64,000 bases of DNA from Candidatus Latescibacterota bacterium. Its GTDB lineage: Bacteria > Krumholzibacteriota > Krumholzibacteriia > WVZY01. The notes under the pieces were generated by a model. It worked only from the letters and a program-made list of their open reading frames with translations. It ran no database searches and was not told where the DNA came from. The position numbers and the translations under genes are program-made. The stretch spans positions 96,001 to 160,000 of the forward strand of contig CAWBQK010000018.1 of assembly GCA_963791045.1 (NCBI GenBank), read 5' to 3'. Shown here piece after piece: positions 60,519 through 64,000 of the stretch; the stretch's first letter is position 1; the number at the start of each line of letters is the position of its first letter.

Positions 60519-62351
60519 ATGTGCGGAATTATTGGTTACATCGGAAAGAACCAGGCCCTTCCCATTCTCGTGGAAGGTCTGAAACGGCTCGAGTACCGCG
60601 GGTATGATTCCGCGGGCGTCGCGATCATTGAAAACGGCAACATGCTCGATCGAGAAAACCAAGGGCAAGATCTCGCGGCTTGAGAAGCACCTCGCCGGCA
60701 AGGAATGCAAGGGTGTAACGGGTATCGCGCACACACGTTGGGCTACCCACGGTGAGCCCAACACCGGAGAATGCCCACCCGCACATCGATTGTACGGGGA
60801 CGATAGCCATCGCCCACAACGGAATCATCGAAAACTACCAATTCTCAAGAAGCGACTCAGGAAAAGGGCCACAAGTTTACGACCGAGACGGACACCGAAG
60901 TCATCGCCCACCTGATCGAGGATTTTTATACGGGTACATTGGAAGATGCCGTTCAAAAGGCCGTTCAACAACTGGAGGGAACCTACGGAATCGTTATCCT
61001 TTCGAAGAAGGAACCGGAAAAACTCATCGGCGTTCGCAACGGAAGTCCGCTGGTAGTCGGCGTTGCGGACAACGAGTATTTTCTTGCGTCGGACGTGTCG
61101 GCCATTCTCAAACACACGCGGCAGGTTATTTATCTCGACGACAAGGAAATGGCGATCGTGACAGCCGAACGGGTTTCAAGACAACGACCATCGAGAACGT
61201 GACGGTCGAACAAAGAAGTCGAGAAAGTCGATTGGGATCTCGACATGATCGAGAAGGGCGGATTCCCGCACTTCATGCTCAAGGAGATCTTCGAACAGCC
61301 CGAGACGATCCGCAACGCGACGCGCGGCCGGCTTGTATACGAAACCGGCGAGGCGCATCTCGGCGGGCTCGATCAGCGTGATGGCCAAACTCCGAGAATC
61401 AACCGGATCGTGCTTCTCGCCTGCGGCACGAGCTGGCACGCCGGGTTTGATCGGCGAGTACATGATAGAGGAACACGCGCGCGTGCCCGTCGAAGTGGAG
61501 TACGCTTCCGAGTTCCGCTACCGGAACCCGATCATCGAACGGGACACGGTAACCGTGGCGATCAGCCAGTCGGGCGAGACGATCGATACGCTGGAAGCGA
61601 TGCGGGAAGCCAAGCGAAAGGGGTCGACGGTGCTCGGCATCTGCAATGTCGTTGGGAGCACGATTGCCCGCGAGAGCGAGAGCGGTGTTTATATTCATGC
61701 CGGTCCCGAGATCGGCGTGGCGTCCACAAAGGCGTTTACGACACAGATAACCGTTTTGGCGCTCTGGGCGCTCCTCCTTGGGCGGATGCGTGTGATGTCC
61801 AAAGCGCAAGGGCCAGGAGATCATCCAGGCGCTGCACAAGATGCCCGAACAGGTCCAGAAGATTCTGGATCAGAACGACCAGATCTACGAGATGGCGAAA
61901 GAGTACTGCAACGATACCAATTTCCTCTATCTGGGCCGGGGAGACGAATTTCCCCGTCGCTCTGGAGGGAGCTCTCAAACTGAAGGAGATCTCGTACGTC
62001 CACGCGGAGGGATATCCGGCCGCTGAGATGAAGCACGGGCCGATCGCGCTGATCGACAAAAACATGCCGGTCGTCGTCATTTGTCCCGAAAGACAACGCG
62101 TACAAAAAAATCCTCGGGAATATCGCCGAGGTCAAGGCCAGAAAAGGGCGGTTGATCGTGATCGCGAACGAAGGCGACTCGAAGCGAGCAAGGTTGCCGA
62201 CAGCGTCATCACGATCCCGAAGACACTGGATATGCTGTACCCGATCCTGACTGTGATCCCGCTCCAGCTTCTCGCGTATCACATCGCGGTTCTTCGCGGT
62301 TGCGACGTCGATCAACCAAGGAATCTGGCAAAGAGTGTAACGGTGGAGTGA
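60519..62351 (+). CDS. glmS: Glutamine--fructose-6-phosphate aminotransferase; multiple frameshifts (probably assembly errors)
   Basis: [96 protein letters not shown]. Confidence 0.95.
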
Positions 62352-62354
62352 GCG

Positions 62355-62733
62355 ATGAAAAAGATTATTAGCACGGACAAGGCCCCCGCGGCGATCGGCC
62401 CTTATAGCCAGGCATCGACACGGGTGACTCTCGTTTTTGTCGCGGGGCAGATTCCCGTCGATCCCGCCCAGGGTAAGATCGTGGAAGGGGATATCGCCGG
62501 TCAGACGCGCCAGGTCGCTCGAAAACGTAAAGGCGATTCTAGCCGAGGCGGGGTTGGGTATGGAGAACGTTGTGAAGGCGACGGTGTTTCTGGCGTCGAT
62601 GGATGATTTCAAAGCGATGAACAAGGTTTACGCGGAGTACTTCGCCAGCGAGCCCCCCGCAAGGGCGGCGTTCGAAGTCGCCGCACTCCCTCTGGGCGCG
62701 CGGGTCGAAATCGAGGCGATTGCCAGCCGCTGA
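62355..62733 (+). CDS. ridA: RidA/YjgF/UK114 reactive intermediate deaminase; frameshifted
   Basis: [16 protein letters not shown], then in another frame [19 protein letters not shown]...[16 protein letters not shown]. Confidence 0.9.
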
Positions 62734-62791
62734 CGGTGTTGCATATTCTAACAAGTTGTTAAGCTCTCCGAAATCGATTATCTTGCCACGT

Positions 62792-62891
62792 GGGAATGGA
62801 TGGGTCCTGGTGGGTCCCGGGGACTTCAAATCCCTCTGTCGGGCGTTCAAAAGACGGTCGAGGTGGGTTCGATTCCCACACATTCCCGCCA
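62792..62891 (+). tRNA. selC: tRNA-Sec (UCA)
   Basis: GGGAATG/CATTCCC acceptor with G discriminator and CCA, 6-bp D stem with TGGT loop, anticodon loop CTTCAAA (TCA at 62826-62828), long variable arm, GGTTCGATTCC T arm, 100 nt. Confidence 0.95.
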
Positions 62892-62920
62892 GTTTTTTTC
62901 TGCCGAAATGCGGATTTAGA

Positions 62921-63524
62921 ATGAAAAGCGTCGTGCTTTTGTTTATTTTGGCGGTGTTCACGGCCGGGGCCCTGACCATCGCGGCCGCGGCGCCTCAGGA
63001 GTTTTCCGAGGCGGCCGGCGACAGTGTCGGCCAGGCTACGCCGGAGCAAGGCCCCAGCCGGCAGGAAATCAAGGACGAGATGGCGCGGATTGGCACTAAC
63101 CGAAGTTCCCGGTGATACGCAGTGGGAGCGGGGGAAGTCGGCCAGGACCGCGACCCTCTGCAGCATGGTGCTCCCGGGACTTGGGCAGCTTTACAACGGC
63201 CGACGATTAAAGGTAGTCCTCGCGGCGGGTGGATTCGGCTACCTCATTACGCGCGCATGGCTCGAGAACAAGCAGGCCCAGGAGTACCTCGCGGTGAGGG
63301 ATGAGTCCGACCCGGGGTCGATCGATTACCAGAACGCGGATATTCTGTACAATTTTCACAAGGATAACTCGATAACATTTGTGTGGTGGTCCGGCGCCGT
63401 GTGGCTCATCCAGGTGCTCGACGCATTCGTCGACGCCCATCTCTACGACGTGCGGGCGGTGACCCCGACCGTCATGCGGGGAACCGACAATACCCAGTAC
63501 CTCGCGCTGTCGTTCGATTTTTAA
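62921..63524 (+). CDS. DUF5683-like exported/membrane protein; frameshift near 63090
   Basis: Signal peptide MKSVVLLFILAV in one frame. KSARTATLCSMVLPGLGQLYNG...QVLDAFVDAHL...LSFDF in the next. Confidence 0.72.
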
Positions 63525-63559
63525 CCCTGAAAAGAAGAATACTTTTTGAATGATAATCG

Positions 63560-64000
63560 ATGAACGTGTCTCAACATCGAATAAGAAATTTTTGTATTAT
63601 CGCGCATATCGATCACGGTAAGTCGACTCTTGCCGACCGTTTTCTCGATATTACCGGCGCCGTGGACAAAAAACTCATGCGGGAACAGGTGCTCGACACG
63701 ATGGATCTCGAGCGCGAGCGCGGGATTACGATCAAGAGCCACCCCATCCGGATGGATTACAAGGCCGCGGACGGGGAGACCTACCTGTTCAACCTCATCG
63801 ACACGCCCGGTCACGTGGATTTTACATACGAGGTGTCGCGAAGCCTCTCTGCCTGCGAGGGGGCGCTTCTCGTGGTGGACGCCGTCCAGGGCGTCCAGGC
63901 GCAGACGATTTCAAATCTCTATCTCGCCATGGAAAACGATCTGGAGATCATCCCGGTCATTAACAAGATCGACCTTCGAAATGCGAGGGTCGGAATATGT
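63560..64000 (+). CDS. lepA: Elongation factor 4 (partial, runs off window end)
   Basis: [63 protein letters not shown]. Confidence 0.95.
   Translation, partial: MNVSQHRIRNFCIIAHIDHGKSTLADRFLDITGAVDKKLMREQVLDTMDLERERGITIKSHPIRMDYKAADGETYLFNLIDTPGHVDFTYEVSRSLSACEGALLVVDAVQGVQAQTISNLYLAMENDLEIIPVINKIDLRNARVGIC

Noticed and set aside
60470-60519. glmS ribozyme upstream of glmS
   Set aside because: The gap is only ~50 nt and lacks the ribozyme core.

Overview
64 kb of a GC-rich bacterial chromosome. Three secreted proteins end in an FlgD/T9SS-type-A-like 'PNPFNP...RKM' tail, which suggests an FCB-group lineage such as Krumholzibacteria/Latescibacterota (inference). The window holds an M16 peptidase pair, a complete Tad/Flp pilus locus with two pilins and a sigma-54-type promoter, several exported hydrolases (tricorn, M1 aminopeptidase, C69 dipeptidase, BNR-repeat protein), pfkA, pyk, GH130, GT4, ppk1 and a housekeeping run glmM-glmS-ridA-selC(tRNA-Sec)-lepA. 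No CRISPR array, IS, integrase or prophage was seen. The strongest candidates for new biology are four. (1) A ~1008-aa polypeptide fuses a catalytically degenerate acyl-CoA transferase domain, a GNAT acetyltransferase and an intact Zn-dependent (AcuC/HDAC) deacetylase, i.e. a possible sensor-writer-eraser acetylation switch. (2) An orphan ~108-nt structured RNA with its own near-consensus promoter and terminator lies between ppk1 and the vanZ-glmM-glmS genes. (3) An exported PEP-synthase-like protein looks like a pseudoenzyme. (4) A nitrilase-family protein lacks the catalytic Lys. Frameshifts cluster at about 29.6-38.9 kb and 60.3-63.1 kb and hit normally essential genes, so they are most likely assembly errors. 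All calls come from motif recognition by eye; no database searches were run.
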